DNA of 64,000 nucleotides from Escherichia coli (GTDB lineage Bacteria; Pseudomonadota; Gammaproteobacteria; Enterobacterales; Enterobacteriaceae): NCBI RefSeq assembly GCF_022846255.1, contig NZ_AP025682.1; one strand, 5' to 3'. Shown piece by piece: positions 46,550 to 58,154 of this stretch (position 1 is its first letter; each line of letters starts with the position of its first letter). The notes under the pieces were generated by a model. It saw only the letters and a program-made list of their open reading frames with translations, ran no database searches and was not told where the DNA came from. The position numbers and the translations under genes were made by a program.

Positions 46550-48592
46550 ATGACGAATCCGTTACTGACTCCCTTTGAATTGCCTCCGTTTTCTAAAATT
46601 CTCCCGGAACATGTCGTTCCAGCCGTGACTAAGGCGCTGAACGACTGCCGCGAAAATGTGGAGCGCGTAGTAGCGCAAGGGGCACCGTACACCTGGGAAA
46701 ATCTCTGCCAGCCGTTGGCGGAAGTGGACGATGTGCTGGGGCGTATCTTCTCCCCGGTCAGCCATCTGAACTCGGTGAAAAATAGCCCGGAACTGCGTGA
46801 AGCGTACGAACAAACCCTGCCGCTGCTGTCAGAATACAGCACCTGGGTAGGGCAACATGAAGGGCTGTATAAGGCATATCGCGACCTGCGCGATGGCGAT
46901 CATTACGCCACGCTGAACACGGCGCAGAAAAAAGCGGTTGATAACGCACTGCGCGACTTCGAACTCTCTGGCATCGGTCTGCCGAAAGAGAAACAGCAGC
47001 GTTACGGCGAAATTGCTACCCGTCTTTCTGAACTGGGCAACCAGTACAGCAACAACGTCCTCGATGCGACGATGGGCTGGACCAAACTCGTTACCGACGA
47101 AGCGGAGCTGGCGGGGATGCCAGAAAGCGCGCTGGCTGCGGCAAAAGCCCAGGCTGAAGCGAAAGAGCTGGAAGGTTATTTGCTGACGCTGGATATCCCA
47201 AGCTACCTGCCGGTAATGACCTACTGCGACAACCAGGCCCTGCGCGAAGAGATGTATCGCGCTTATAGCACTCGTGCTTCCGATCAAGGTCCGAACGCCG
47301 GTAAGTGGGACAACAGCAAGGTGATGGAAGAGATCCTCGCGCTGCGTCACGAACTGGCGCAACTGCTGGGCTTTGAAAACTACGCCTTCAAATCACTTGC
47401 CACTAAAATGGCAGAAAACCCGCAGCAGGTGCTGGATTTCTTAACCGATCTGGCAAAACGCGCGCGCCCGCAAGGCGAAAAAGAGCTGGCGCAACTGCGC
47501 GCCTTCGCCAAAGCCGAATTTGGCGTCGATGAGTTACAACCGTGGGATATCGCTTACTACAGCGAAAAACAGAAACAGCACCTCTACAGCATCAGCGATG
47601 AACAACTGCGTCCGTACTTCCCGGAAAACAAAGCGGTTAACGGCCTGTTTGAAGTGGTGAAACGTATTTACGGCATCACCGCTAAAGAGCGTAAAGATGT
47701 TGATGTCTGGCATCCGGATGTACGTTTCTTCGAGCTGTATGACGAGAACAACGAACTGCGCGGCAGCTTCTACCTCGACCTGTATGCCCGTGAAAACAAA
47801 CGCGGCGGGGCGTGGATGGATGACTGCGTAGGCCAGATGCGTAAAGCCGACGGTTCGCTGCAAAAACCGGTCGCGTATCTGACCTGCAACTTCAACCGCC
47901 CGGTAAATGGTAAACCGGCGCTGTTTACCCATGACGAAGTGATCACCCTGTTCCACGAGTTCGGTCACGGCCTGCACCATATGCTGACCCGCATTGAAAC
48001 CGCTGGTGTTTCCGGGATCAGTGGGGTGCCGTGGGATGCGGTCGAACTGCCGAGCCAGTTTATGGAAAACTGGTGCTGGGAGCCGGAGGCGCTGGCGTTT
48101 ATCTCCGGTCACTATGAAACCGGCGAACCACTGCCGAAAGAGTTGCTGGATAAAATGCTGGCGGCGAAGAACTACCAGGCGGCGCTGTTTATCCTGCGCC
48201 AGCTGGAGTTCGGCCTGTTCGATTTCCGCCTCCATGCCGAGTTCCGTCCGGATCAGGGGGCGAAAATCCTCGAAACTCTGGCAGAAATCAAGAAACTGGT
48301 TGCCGTGGTACCGTCTCCGTCATGGGGCCGTTTCCCGCATGCTTTCAGCCACATTTTTGCCGGTGGTTATGCGGCAGGTTACTACAGCTACCTGTGGGCC
48401 GATGTGCTGGCGGCAGATGCCTTCTCGCGTTTTGAGGAAGAGGGCATTTTCAACCGTGAAACTGGGCAGTCGTTCCTCGACAACATTCTGAGCCGTGGCG
48501 GTTCAGAAGAGCCGATGGAGCTGTTCAAACGCTTCCGTGGTCGTGAACCACAGCTGGATGCGATGCTGGAGCATTACGGCATTAAGGGCTGA
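46550..48592 (+). CDS. prlC: Oligopeptidase A
   Basis: 680 aa from the internal ATG ([14 protein letters not shown]), M3-family zinc motif HEFGH. Confidence 0.9.
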   Translation: MTNPLLTPFELPPFSKILPEHVVPAVTKALNDCRENVERVVAQGAPYTWENLCQPLAEVDDVLGRIFSPVSHLNSVKNSPELREAYEQTLPLLSEYSTWVGQHEGLYKAYRDLRDGDHYATLNTAQKKAVDNALRDFELSGIGLPKEKQQRYGEIATRLSELGNQYSNNVLDATMGWTKLVTDEAELAGMPESALAAAKAQAEAKELEGYLLTLDIPSYLPVMTYCDNQALREEMYRAYSTRASDQGPNAGKWDNSKVMEEILALRHELAQLLGFENYAFKSLATKMAENPQQVLDFLTDLAKRARPQGEKELAQLRAFAKAEFGVDELQPWDIAYYSEKQKQHLYSISDEQLRPYFPENKAVNGLFEVVKRIYGITAKERKDVDVWHPDVRFFELYDENNELRGSFYLDLYARENKRGGAWMDDCVGQMRKADGSLQKPVAYLTCNFNRPVNGKPALFTHDEVITLFHEFGHGLHHMLTRIETAGVSGISGVPWDAVELPSQFMENWCWEPEALAFISGHYETGEPLPKELLDKMLAAKNYQAALFILRQLEFGLFDFRLHAEFRPDQGAKILETLAEIKKLVAVVPSPSWGRFPHAFSHIFAGGYAAGYYSYLWADVLAADAFSRFEEEGIFNRETGQSFLDNILSRGGSEEPMELFKRFRGREPQLDAMLEHYGIKG

Positions 48593-48599
48593 ACATTCA

Positions 48600-49352
48600 G
48601 TGAAAATCTGCTTAATTGATGAAACAGGCGCCGGAGACGGCGCCTTATCTGTTCTGGCGGCCCGCTGGGGGCTGGAGCACGATGAAGACAACCTGATGGC
48701 GCTGGTGTTAACGCCGGAGCACCTGGAACTGCGCAAGCGTGATGAGCCGAAGCTGGGCGGCATCTTTGTTGATTTTGTTGGCGGGGCGATGGCGCACCGA
48801 CGCAAATTCGGCGGTGGTCGCGGAGAGGCGGTGGCGAAAGCGGTGGGCATTAAAGGCGATTATTTGCCGGATGTGGTGGACGCCACCGCAGGATTAGGGC
48901 GCGATGCCTTTGTGCTGGCTTCGGTCGGCTGCCGCGTGCGGATGCTGGAGCGTAATCCAGTGGTTGCCGCGCTGCTCGACGATGGCCTGGCGCGTGGTTA
49001 TGCGGATGCGGAAATCGGCGGCTGGTTACAGGAACGTTTGCAGTTGATTCACGCCTCCAGTCTGACGGCGCTGAGCGATATCACCCCGCGTCCGCAGGTA
49101 GTTTATCTTGACCCAATGTTCCCGCATAAGCAGAAAAGCGCGCTGGTGAAAAAAGAGATGCGCGTGTTTCAGTCGCTGGTGGGGCCGGATCTTGATGCCG
49201 ATGGATTGTTGGAGCCTGCGCGGTTGCTGGCAACCAAACGCGTGGTGGTGAAGCGTCCGGACTATGCGCCGCCGCTGGCGAATGTCGCCACGCCAAACGC
49301 GGTAGTCACTAAAGGGCATCGCTTTGATATTTACGCCGGAACGCCGGTGTAA
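48600..49352 (+). CDS. rsmJ: 16S rRNA m2G1516 methyltransferase RsmJ (YhiQ)
   Basis: 250 aa from the GTG at 48600 ([17 protein letters not shown]); the longer track ORF overlaps the prlC 3' end and was trimmed. Confidence 0.85.
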
Positions 49353-49356
49353 AAGT

Positions 49357-49388
49357 AAAGCGGGGTAGCGATAACGCTACCCCGCTTT
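49357..49388. terminator. Bidirectional terminator between rsmJ and dtpB
   Basis: aaagcggggtagcg-ataa-cgctaccccgcttt perfect hairpin flanked by A and T runs. Confidence 0.55.
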
Positions 49389-49400
49389 CTGCAAGAATAA

Positions 49401-50870
49401 TTAATGGCTTTCCGGCGTCGCAATCATGCGTTTCAGCCACGGCACCATCAATAGCATCACTACTGCAACGCCCAGCGTAACCAGGCCAATCTTACCAAAC
49501 ACGTTGGTATAGACGGGCAACGTCTCAAGTGGATCGGTAATGTTGTCTGGTACTGCGGTAAATGTTGCCACATAGCCGCCCAGCAAGAACGCGGCAGCCT
49601 GCGTCAGGAACCACATCCCGAGAATAAAGCCCATCAAATGCTGCGGCACCAGGGCAGCAATCATCGCCAGGCCAAGGGCGCTAATAAACAGTTCACCTAA
49701 GCTCTGGAATAAGTACACCAGCACGATAAACCATGGCGATGTCAGCCCCTGGGCATCCGCAAACCACATTCCAGCCGCTGCAGCCGTCAAAAAGCCCAGT
49801 GAGCACATAAACATGCCGAGAGTAAACTTCATCGGCATCGAGAGATCTTTGCCTTTGTTACCCAGATGCGTGTAAATGCCTGCCAGTATTGGGCTGGCGA
49901 GTACCACCCAGAACGGGTTAAGCGCCTGGAAGCTGACCGGGTTGATGGAAAAGCCGAGAATTTCATGATGCACGTTGTTGATGGCAAAGAAGTTCAGCGA
50001 CGTTGGCATCTGGGCGTAGAGAATGTAAAACACCACCGCTTCGAGCATCAGGACAAAGGCGACAAACATTTTATTGCGCCCGGTTTTATCCAGCTTGAAT
50101 GCCTGACGAAAGAAGATGATGGTGACGACGATGGAGAGAACAATCAGAACCAGATTGGCGACTTCTACGTTGTGCATCAGCCAGGCGCAGACGAAGATCA
50201 TCACCACGCTGCCAAGTAATACGTACAACAGTTTACTGAAGCTCATCGGCCGGAAGTCGGGTTCAGAACCAATGTCTTTCACCATTCCACGACAGGCGAT
50301 GTAAACCAGTAATGCGATAATTAACCCTGCACCGCACAGGTTGTAGGTGACTGAATAGCCGAATTTATCAGCGATCACAGGGGCCAGCGATAACGCTATC
50401 AACGAGCCGATATTGATCGACATATAGAACAGGGTGAATGCGCCATCAAGCCGCGGATCTTTCGGCGGGTAGCACTTCGAAAGCAAGCTGGCTGGGTTAG
50501 CTTTAAACAGGCCGTTACCGACAGCGATAGTCCCCAGGGCGATGAAAATCAGGTCAGGCTTAAGTAGCGACATGCCGGTCATGAAGTAGCCAATCGCCAG
50601 CACAAGTGCTCCGAGAACAATGGTGCGTTTGGTTCCCAGCAGGTGGTCGCCAACATAGCCACCAATGGAAATGAGGCCATAGACCAGCGCAGCAAAAGCA
50701 CCAAAAGTGACAAAAGCCTGCTCTTGCGAGAACCCAAGCTGTTTAACGAAGAAAACCGCCAGTACGCCCTGCACGCCGTAGTAGCCGAATCGCTCCCATA
50801 ACTCGACAAAAAAGATCATGAAAAATGGGCGAGGTTGCTGCAGCATCCCCATGGGTGTTGTTGTATTCAT
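49401..50870 (-). CDS. dtpB: Proton-dependent di/tripeptide permease DtpB (YhiP)
   Basis: 489-aa POT-family polytopic ORF ([32 protein letters not shown]). Confidence 0.9.
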   Translation of the reverse strand: MNTTTPMGMLQQPRPFFMIFFVELWERFGYYGVQGVLAVFFVKQLGFSQEQAFVTFGAFAALVYGLISIGGYVGDHLLGTKRTIVLGALVLAIGYFMTGMSLLKPDLIFIALGTIAVGNGLFKANPASLLSKCYPPKDPRLDGAFTLFYMSINIGSLIALSLAPVIADKFGYSVTYNLCGAGLIIALLVYIACRGMVKDIGSEPDFRPMSFSKLLYVLLGSVVMIFVCAWLMHNVEVANLVLIVLSIVVTIIFFRQAFKLDKTGRNKMFVAFVLMLEAVVFYILYAQMPTSLNFFAINNVHHEILGFSINPVSFQALNPFWVVLASPILAGIYTHLGNKGKDLSMPMKFTLGMFMCSLGFLTAAAAGMWFADAQGLTSPWFIVLVYLFQSLGELFISALGLAMIAALVPQHLMGFILGMWFLTQAAAFLLGGYVATFTAVPDNITDPLETLPVYTNVFGKIGLVTLGVAVVMLLMVPWLKRMIATPESH

Positions 50871-51186
50871 ATTTATTAACCTTCCAATACCATCCTGAAA
50901 AGTATTAACGCGTAAGGGATAACGCGCGAAAAAGTTTACATCTGTCAGAGATTCTTAATATTGATGCGGAGAATAGATTAATACACTATTACAACAGAAA
51001 ATAACCAGCTGATCACACTAATGATAGAAAATATAATGGTGTTAAATGTTGTATTGGCAGGGGTTTTGATTGCGTACGCAGACCGCAGGCCAGATAAGGC
51101 GTTTACGCTGCATCAGGTAACAAGGCGCGCCAAAAAGCAAAACGCCCGCATATGCGGGCGTTCAGGAACACGTCGTGGAGGGAAGA

Positions 51187-51621
51187 TTATTCTTCTTCGT
51201 CGCGCAGCGGAACAATCAGCATATCAACGTGAACGGTGTTGATCAGCTGACGTGCGGAAGACATCAGTTTGCTCCAGAAGTCCTGGTGGTGACCACAAAC
51301 CACCAGATCCATATCGTATTTCTTGATTGCATCGACCAGTACCTGGCCCAGATCGCCGCTGCCGCTCAGGGTTTCAGTGATTGGGTAGCCTGCATTGGTT
51401 GAAAGCTCGGTCAGTGCATGATGTGTCTCTTCAGAGATGCGTTTCTGCATATCACCCAGATTCACATCGATAAGCCCGGTGTATAGGTCAGAGTAGTTTA
51501 CATCTACGTGGATCAGAGAAACTTTCGCATTGTAGGGGCGAGCCATAGAGACTGCTTTCTCTACCAGAACTTTGCTTTCCGGGGAGAGGTCGACCGCGAT
51601 GAGAATGTGTTTATAAGCCAT
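51187..51621 (-). CDS. uspA: Universal stress protein A
   Basis: 144-aa [27 protein letters not shown]. Confidence 0.95.
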
Positions 51622-52011
51622 AGTGTTACTCCTTCCATAAAGTTGTCGATGACTGGCCAGCTAGCGTTTCTTGTGCCGTTACGTCACCCGCGTCCTGCGA
51701 ACTACGTGCGCGGGGCTAACCCAGCCGTAAAGATTCAGTGTTAAGACCATCCTTACCTTATAGCGACCCGGATGATCCGTCAATCCGCCTTGCTTACTCG
51801 TTAGATAAACAAATTTTCGACATGAATATATTGATAGTGGTTAACCTTCTGGAAAAAAAACAACCTGATCTCCTACACTATCTATAGAGCCGCTCGGATG
51901 TTGGTCACCACAAAAGCGGTTTCTCCAGGACCTGGTGTTAACTGATTGGCAGCGTATCGGGAGCGGTAGCCCCGGGGTGGAACTCCGCGGGCAGGTCGCC
52001 GGGGAGGAGGT

Positions 52012-52347
52012 ATGATAAGCACCGTCGCATTATTTTGGGCTTTATGTGTCGTTTGCATTGTTAACATGGCGCGCTATTTCTCATCACTACGCGCGTTGTT
52101 AGTGGTACTGCGTAACTGCGATCCATTGCTCTATCAATATGTTGATGGAGGGGGCTTTTTTACCTCACATGGCCAACCCAACAAACAGGTGCGTCTCGTT
52201 TGGTATATCTATGCCCAACGTTATCGCGATCATCACGATGATGAGTTTATTCGCCGCTGTGAGCGGGTGCGTCGGCAGTTTATTCTGACCAGCGCATTGT
52301 GTGGTCTGGTGGTGGTCAGCCTGATTGCATTGATGATTTGGCATTAA
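52012..52347 (+). CDS. uspB: Universal stress protein B
   Basis: 111-aa two-helix membrane ORF divergent from uspA. Confidence 0.9.
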
Positions 52348-52417
52348 GCACTTCAGCAATAATGACGCATAAAAAAAGCGGGCCAGTAAACTGACCCGCT
52401 CGTTTTGGTGCGTACGA

Positions 52418-53917
52418 TTACAGGAACTGCAAGGAGAGCCAGTACAGCCCGCCGGAAAGCAGTACCGCAGCCGGAAGGGTAAATACCCAGGCCATCAGAA
52501 TACTGGTTACGGTTTTACGCTGTAAGCCGCCGCCATCTACCACCATCGTCCCCGCGACAGAAGAGGAGAGTACGTGAGTAGTGGAAACCGGCATCCCGGT
52601 ATAACTTGCCAGGCCGATAGACACTGCCGCCGTCATCTGGGCAGACATCCCCTGAGCGTAGGTCATGCCTTTCTTACCGATTTTCTCACCGATAGTCGTT
52701 GCCACACGACGCCAGCCAATCATCGTACCGATACCTAACGCCAGCGCGACCGCCATGATGATCCACACCGGCGCATACTCGATGGTGCTAAGCATGTCGG
52801 ACTTCAGTTTCTTCAACAGACGCTGATCGTCAGCACTCACACCAGGCATCTTCACCACTTTGTCGATAGTGTCAGAAACGCACAGCATAATGCGGCGCAT
52901 CTGGCTACGTTGATCAAGCGACAGCTTGTCGTAGCTTTCCACATCGGTAGTCAACATGCCTTTCAGGCGGTTGAGCGCGTTAATGGTATTCGATGGATGG
53001 CAATGGAACTCCGCAGGTTGCGTTGCGCCAGCTTCCGGAGCCGGTACTAACTGATCAGCACCGGTAGCCTGTTTCAGCAGTGCAGGATGCTGCTCAAAGT
53101 AAGCTTCGACGTTGTTGATGGCATCACGGGTACGGGTGATTTCGTAGCCAGTGGCATTCATGTTCACCACGAAGCCTGCTGGTGCGACGCCAATCAATAC
53201 CAACATAACCAGACCAATGCCTTTCTGACCATCGTTCGCGCCGTGCGAAAACGCCACGCCGATAGCGGAAAGGATCAGCGCAATACGCGTCCAGAACGGC
53301 GGCTTTTTCTTGCCGTCTTTCTTTTCACGCTCCGCTGGGGTCAGGTGGATACGGGCGCGTTTCTTGGTGCCGCTCCAGTAGCGGCGCAGCAAGAAAATCA
53401 GACCGCCAGCAAACACCAGGCCGACAATAGGGGAAACGATCAGAGAACCGAAAATACTTAATACTTTCGGGATATTGAGTGCATCCACCACTGACGTCCC
53501 GGTCATCAACGCATTGGTTAAACCAATCCCGATGATCGCGCCAATCAGCGTATGAGAGCTGGATGCAGGTAAACCAAAGTACCAGGTACCCAGGTTCCAG
53601 ATAATCGCCGCCAGCAACATAGAGAACACCATGGCAAGGCCATGAGACGATCCCATATTAAGCAGCAGATCCGTCGGCAGCATATGCACAATGGCATAGG
53701 CAACACTCAGACCACCCAGCAAAACACCCAAAAAGTTGAACACCGCCGCCATAACCACGGCGAGCTGAGAACGCATCGCGCGGGTATAGATAACGGTTGC
53801 CACGGCGTTGGCTGTGTCATGGAAACCATTGATGGCTTCGTAGAACAGCACAAAAGCCAGTGCAAGCAATAATAACAGCCCGGTATGCAAATCCAGGCCA
53901 GCAAACAAATGTAGCAT
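52418..53917 (-). CDS. pitA: Low-affinity inorganic phosphate transporter PitA
   Basis: 499-aa polytopic ORF ([39 protein letters not shown]). Confidence 0.95.
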
Positions 53918-54148
53918 AGGACGTTACGCCATTTTGAGGACATGAACGCGGCGCATTATCAGTGACTTTCGCGGCGCGGGCAAAGTGAAATATAGACTTT
54001 TTTTGATTTGCCTCCTGTATGGATTTCACTCAAAAAATAATTATCTTATATAATTCAGGCAAATACTTCCTTTTAGTAATATTGATGCTGGTGCGACCAC
54101 TGAGGAATCTTTACAATTCACGCCCGTTTTTTCTTAGAGGAGCGCAAC

Positions 54149-55348
54149 GTGGAAAGGTTTGATGCCATTATTATAGGCGCTGGTGCGGCAGGTATGTTCT
54201 GTTCTGCGCTGGCAGGTCAGGCAGGACGCCGGGTTCTGCTGATCGATAATGGTAAAAAACCAGGGCGCAAAATCCTCATGTCTGGCGGTGGGCGCTGCAA
54301 CTTTACCAACCTTTATGTCGAACCGGGCGCTTATCTGAGCCAGAATCCGCATTTTTGTAAGTCTGCACTCGCGCGTTTTACCCAGTGGGATTTCATTGAT
54401 CTGGTCAATAAACACGGCATCACCTGGCACGAGAAAACGTTAGGGCAACTCTTCTGCGATGACTCCGCGCAGCAGATTGTCGACATGCTGGTGGATGAGT
54501 GCGAGAAGGGCAATGTGACCTTCAGATTGCGTAGCGAAGTGCTGAGTGTGGCGAAGGATGAAACAGGCTTCACGCTTGAACTGAACGGCATGACTGTCGG
54601 TTGCGAAAAGCTGGTCATCGCGACCGGTGGGCTGTCAATGCCGGGGCTGGGCGCATCGCCGTTTGGTTATAAGATTGCCGAACAATTTGGCCTCAACGTG
54701 CTGCCGACCCGCGCGGGCCTGGTGCCATTCACTCTGCATAAACCGTTGCTCGAAGAGTTACAGGTGCTGGCGGGCGTGGCGGTGCCTTCCGTGATTACCG
54801 CTGAAAACGGCACCGTTTTCCGTGAGAACTTACTCTTCACCCACCGCGGCTTATCTGGACCGGCGGTGTTGCAAATTTCCAGCTACTGGCAACCGGGTGA
54901 ATTTGTCAGTATCAATCTGCTACCGGATGTGGACCTCGAAACCTTCCTGAATGAGCAGCGTAATGCACATCCGAATCAGAGCCTGAAAAACACACTGGCG
55001 GTTCATCTACCGAAGCGGTTGGTTGAACGTTTACAGCAACTCGGGCAAATCCCGGATGTTTCGCTAAAACAGCTCAACGTGCGTGACCAACAGGCACTGA
55101 TTAGCACATTGACCGACTGGCGCGTACAACCCAACGGCACTGAAGGCTATCGTACTGCTGAAGTGACGCTCGGCGGCGTGGACACCAACGAACTCTCTTC
55201 ACGGACGATGGAAGCGCGCAAAGTGCCTGGGCTGTACTTCATCGGCGAAGTGATGGACGTCACCGGCTGGCTGGGGGGCTATAATTTCCAGTGGGCGTGG
55301 TCGAGTGCGTGGGCTTGTGCGCAGGATTTGATTGCTGTTCAAAGATAA
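54149..55348 (+). CDS. yhiN: FAD-dependent HI0933-family flavoprotein YhiN
   Basis: 399-aa ORF with an N-terminal dinucleotide-binding motif IIGAGAAG; syntenic with pitA. Confidence 0.9.
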   Translation: MERFDAIIIGAGAAGMFCSALAGQAGRRVLLIDNGKKPGRKILMSGGGRCNFTNLYVEPGAYLSQNPHFCKSALARFTQWDFIDLVNKHGITWHEKTLGQLFCDDSAQQIVDMLVDECEKGNVTFRLRSEVLSVAKDETGFTLELNGMTVGCEKLVIATGGLSMPGLGASPFGYKIAEQFGLNVLPTRAGLVPFTLHKPLLEELQVLAGVAVPSVITAENGTVFRENLLFTHRGLSGPAVLQISSYWQPGEFVSINLLPDVDLETFLNEQRNAHPNQSLKNTLAVHLPKRLVERLQQLGQIPDVSLKQLNVRDQQALISTLTDWRVQPNGTEGYRTAEVTLGGVDTNELSSRTMEARKVPGLYFIGEVMDVTGWLGGYNFQWAWSSAWACAQDLIAVQR

Positions 55349-55354
55349 TAAAGT

Positions 55355-55440
55355 TGTGCCCTAAGCATTAAAGTTGTAACCACTCTCAAAAAATGACGCT
55401 AATGTTGTATACCTAATAAATGTGTGGTTAGGTTGTAGAC
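55355..55440 (+). mobile_element. Candidate Tn7-like transposon right end (TnsB-type repeats)
   Basis: Terminal TGTGCCCTAAGCATTAAAGTTGTAACC 6 bp after the yhiN stop resembles the remembered Tn7 right terminus TGTGGGCGGACAATAAAGTCTTAAAC; AAGTTGT/GTTGTA motifs recur four times in ~85 bp; a tnsA-like gene follows. Confidence 0.45.
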
Positions 55441-55490
55441 TATAAAACACACATGCAGGTACGCATCAATGACGTTTTGTGGATACGATC

Positions 55491-56334
55491 ATGGCTAGGG
55501 GCAGGCATCTTAAATCCTATCTGGATTATGAGAATGCGCTAGGTGACGGCATAGGGTTGGGCTATGGACAAAGTTATCAACCTTGGCTTAGAGCCCAGGA
55601 CGTTAGATCCCACGGAAACCGTTCGATAGTCTTTGGCCTTAAATCGTTTCGGAATCACCATTTTTTTCTTCTGTCGAAAGTAACTTTTTCTACCTAGCTG
55701 AGTTTAATGACTCGATGATCGATATCCGCGAACAATTCCCACTCATACCTCTACTGCTCACCCAACAGATAGCCAATCACTTAAATGTGCATCATCCGCT
55801 TGTTAGGGGGGGGGCAGAGGCGCACCAGTCGATATCCTGAATGTTATGACAACTGATTTCTTGCTGACCTTGAGAATGCCTAGAGGGGGGATTCGATACA
55901 AAGCAATTGCAGTAAAGCAAAACGAAAGCATACCTAAACGCGAAGCAGAAAAGCTTGAGATAGAGAGAATGTTTTGGCAACTGATTGATGTTGAGTTCCA
56001 AATCTATACGGGTTCGGAACTAAATCATGTTGCGGGGCAGAACATATATTGGGCTACCTCGGTGCTGAGAGATGGGGCTGAGTTTTATGATAAATACCCG
56101 CTTGATAAAATTTTATGGAGGCTTAAGCCGGATGTTTATCCGATTGTGGAACTACGCGCGGCGATCTCATCAGTCTTTGATGTCGATGAACAAGAAGCAA
56201 TGATGTTATTGCAGGCTATTATTGGGTTAAAAATGATAAATGTGGATCTATCGTATACCATTCTCGAAACAGGTCTGATAAAAATAATTTCCAATGGTTA
56301 CTGCATAGGCCTGAACGCAAATGGATATTATTAG
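55491..56334 (+). pseudogene. tnsA: TnsA-like (Tn7 endonuclease subunit) gene, disrupted
   Basis: Two ORF pieces (55479-55697 and 55846-56334) plus a frame-shifted middle align to remembered Tn7 TnsA (GIGLGYGQSYQPWL vs GRGQGHGKDYIPWL; DIREQFPL; TDFLL; EKLEIERMFWQ vs EKLELERRYWQ); stops and a G9 homopolymer at 55806-55814 interrupt the frame. Confidence 0.7.
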
Positions 56335-56968
56335 AAATTCAGTATGGTAATCTCATGACAGCGACGTGCTATCTGACGGGCTTTATCGCGTTTTGGATTT
56401 TGACAGAAATACCGATTTGTTGATTTTATTTGAAATAAAAAAGAAAGGACGAGTAAACCAATTCCATTCTCTCTTTCACAATTTACATATGGTGTGGATT
56501 CTCAACGAATAACCTGTAGGAAATATATCACCCCCTCATATTTGTTGATTGATGAGGAAAATATAACTAATGAAGACAGGAAACGGCGGGGTACGAATTA
56601 TAATATTATTAAAGAACTTGTAGAAGATAGAATGTTCATATTCAATTATGCATTTCATAAAAATCTCATTTATCGACAGAGTATTCTGGGAAAAAACAAA
56701 TCCCACAGCGTACTATCAGGACACTTCTGACTCTTTACTGGAAGTATGGGCAGGATATATATGCTTTACTGCCCGCATACCCGAACTGCGGTGGAGCAGG
56801 CAAGAGCAGAATCCGGCATGAGGTTAAACTCGGGAACGAAAAGAAAAACAGAATGTTACCTAATATACGCTCAGATGTCTATATCCTTAATGAAGGGGAT
56901 ATAGAAAATATCAGAAAACCTCTGGCCAAGTACCATTATAAACTTCATGGAGAAACGATAAAAAAAAC

Positions 56969-57557
56969 GGTGATGCTTCCAATTAGTAGAACATGTATTT
57001 TTCAATGAAGGCCCCGAGAACCTTTTCATGTAGCTCAATTGAGCGTGAAAAGCAGATTGTTTTGCGGGCCAGACGCTTGATGCGGGTTCTCAGCGTCAGA
57101 TTGTTACGCGCAATGCGCTGAGTGAATAGTTTGCCGGTCAGATGCTTTTCCTTAGCGACTTCTCTGGCATAACTTCCCCAGTCGTCGCTCGTTACCATGC
57201 CGATATTAAACGGGGTGAGCAGAGCCAGCAGCTCACGACAGGTTTCATCCGTTCGTGGATCGAACGTATAAGCAAGAACACCACCTGTTTTGGTGTTGTA
57301 GGCATACCAGAGCCAGTGCTGTCGGGCCTTGCTGCCGACAAAGCTCCACTGTTCATCGAGCTCGCAGATGAGCGCGACATCTGCATGAGCGACCGGAGAG
57401 GACGTTATTCTCTTTGGCGCGAGTTTTTTAAAGTGCGGATGACGGTATTTATTCCAATTTTGAGTGTCCTTGCGGTATCGCGGACACCTGCTCCGTTGAA
57501 CGCCATTTCGGTGATTTGCTCTTTGACGCCGGGCTTATGCGTATTTTCATGAACGGA
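56969..57557 (-). mobile_element. Diverged IS1-family element, truncated at its insA end
   Basis: Terminal IR GGTGATGCTTCCAATTAGTAG (IS1: GGTGATGCTGCCAACTTACTGAT) with the insB stop inside it; insB-like frame (...DEQWSFVGSKARQHWLWYAY...SIELHEKV...); insA-like C-terminal half; conserved TTTAAAAAAC frameshift site (57423-57432); N-terminal insA half and left IR absent. Confidence 0.7.
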
Positions 57558-58145
57558 GATCGCCCAATAACCGGTGATCGGGTTCAGATGGATATCTGTA
57601 AAATTGGCCCCGGCTTATATCAGTACACATCTATTGATGATTGCACTCGCTACAGAGTCCTGAGGCTCTACTCTCATCGCACGGCGGCAAACACACTGGA
57701 TTTTATTGATTGTGTTATTGAAGAAATGCCTTTCCCGATACAGCGCTTTCAGACAGACCGGGGAAGAGCATTTTTTGCCGTTAAAGTGCAGGAAAGATTA
57801 AAAGAATACGGCATCAAGTTTCGTCCAAATAAGCCAGCGTCGCCTCATCTTAACGGAAAGGTTGAACGTTCCCAAAAGACAGACAAAGCTGAGTTTTACG
57901 CTACCGTAGATCTTTCTGCTGATGACCTGAAGGAACTGCAGGCAGAATGGCAGCATTACTATAACTGGGAACGTCCTCATAGCGCTCACAACGGTAAAAC
58001 TCCGATGGAACGCTACTTTGAACTTGCTGAGAAAACACCATACTCTGATGCCGTTCATGCAAACTATCAGCCCAATGAAGAGCATATACAGGAACAGAAT
58101 TACAAGCTTGAACTTGGACTGAGAAAATTGAAACGATGCCTATGA
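57558..58145 (+). pseudogene. IS481-family-like transposase fragment (DDE integrase-core portion only)
   Basis: Frame encodes ...RVQMDICKIGPG...FQTDRGRAFFAVKVQERLKEYGIKFRP...PHLNGKVERSQKT..., a typical rve/DDE core; no N-terminal HTH or terminal repeats; abuts the IS1-like fragment and ends 10 bp from the EAL gene stop. Confidence 0.6.
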
Positions 58146-58154
58146 ATCACACAT

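Noticed and set aside
46829..48235. Two minus-strand ORFs (177 and 233 codons) inside prlC
   Set aside because: Antisense to oligopeptidase A, which has a clear zinc-peptidase motif; treated as shadow ORFs.
48495..48599. N-terminal extension of the rsmJ ORF overlapping the prlC 3' end
   Set aside because: The extension is in the prlC coding region; the GTG at 48600 just after the prlC stop gives a 250-aa methyltransferase.
57142..57552. 136-codon plus-strand ORF
   Set aside because: It is the antisense strand of the IS1-like insA/insB frames, which carry the real homology.
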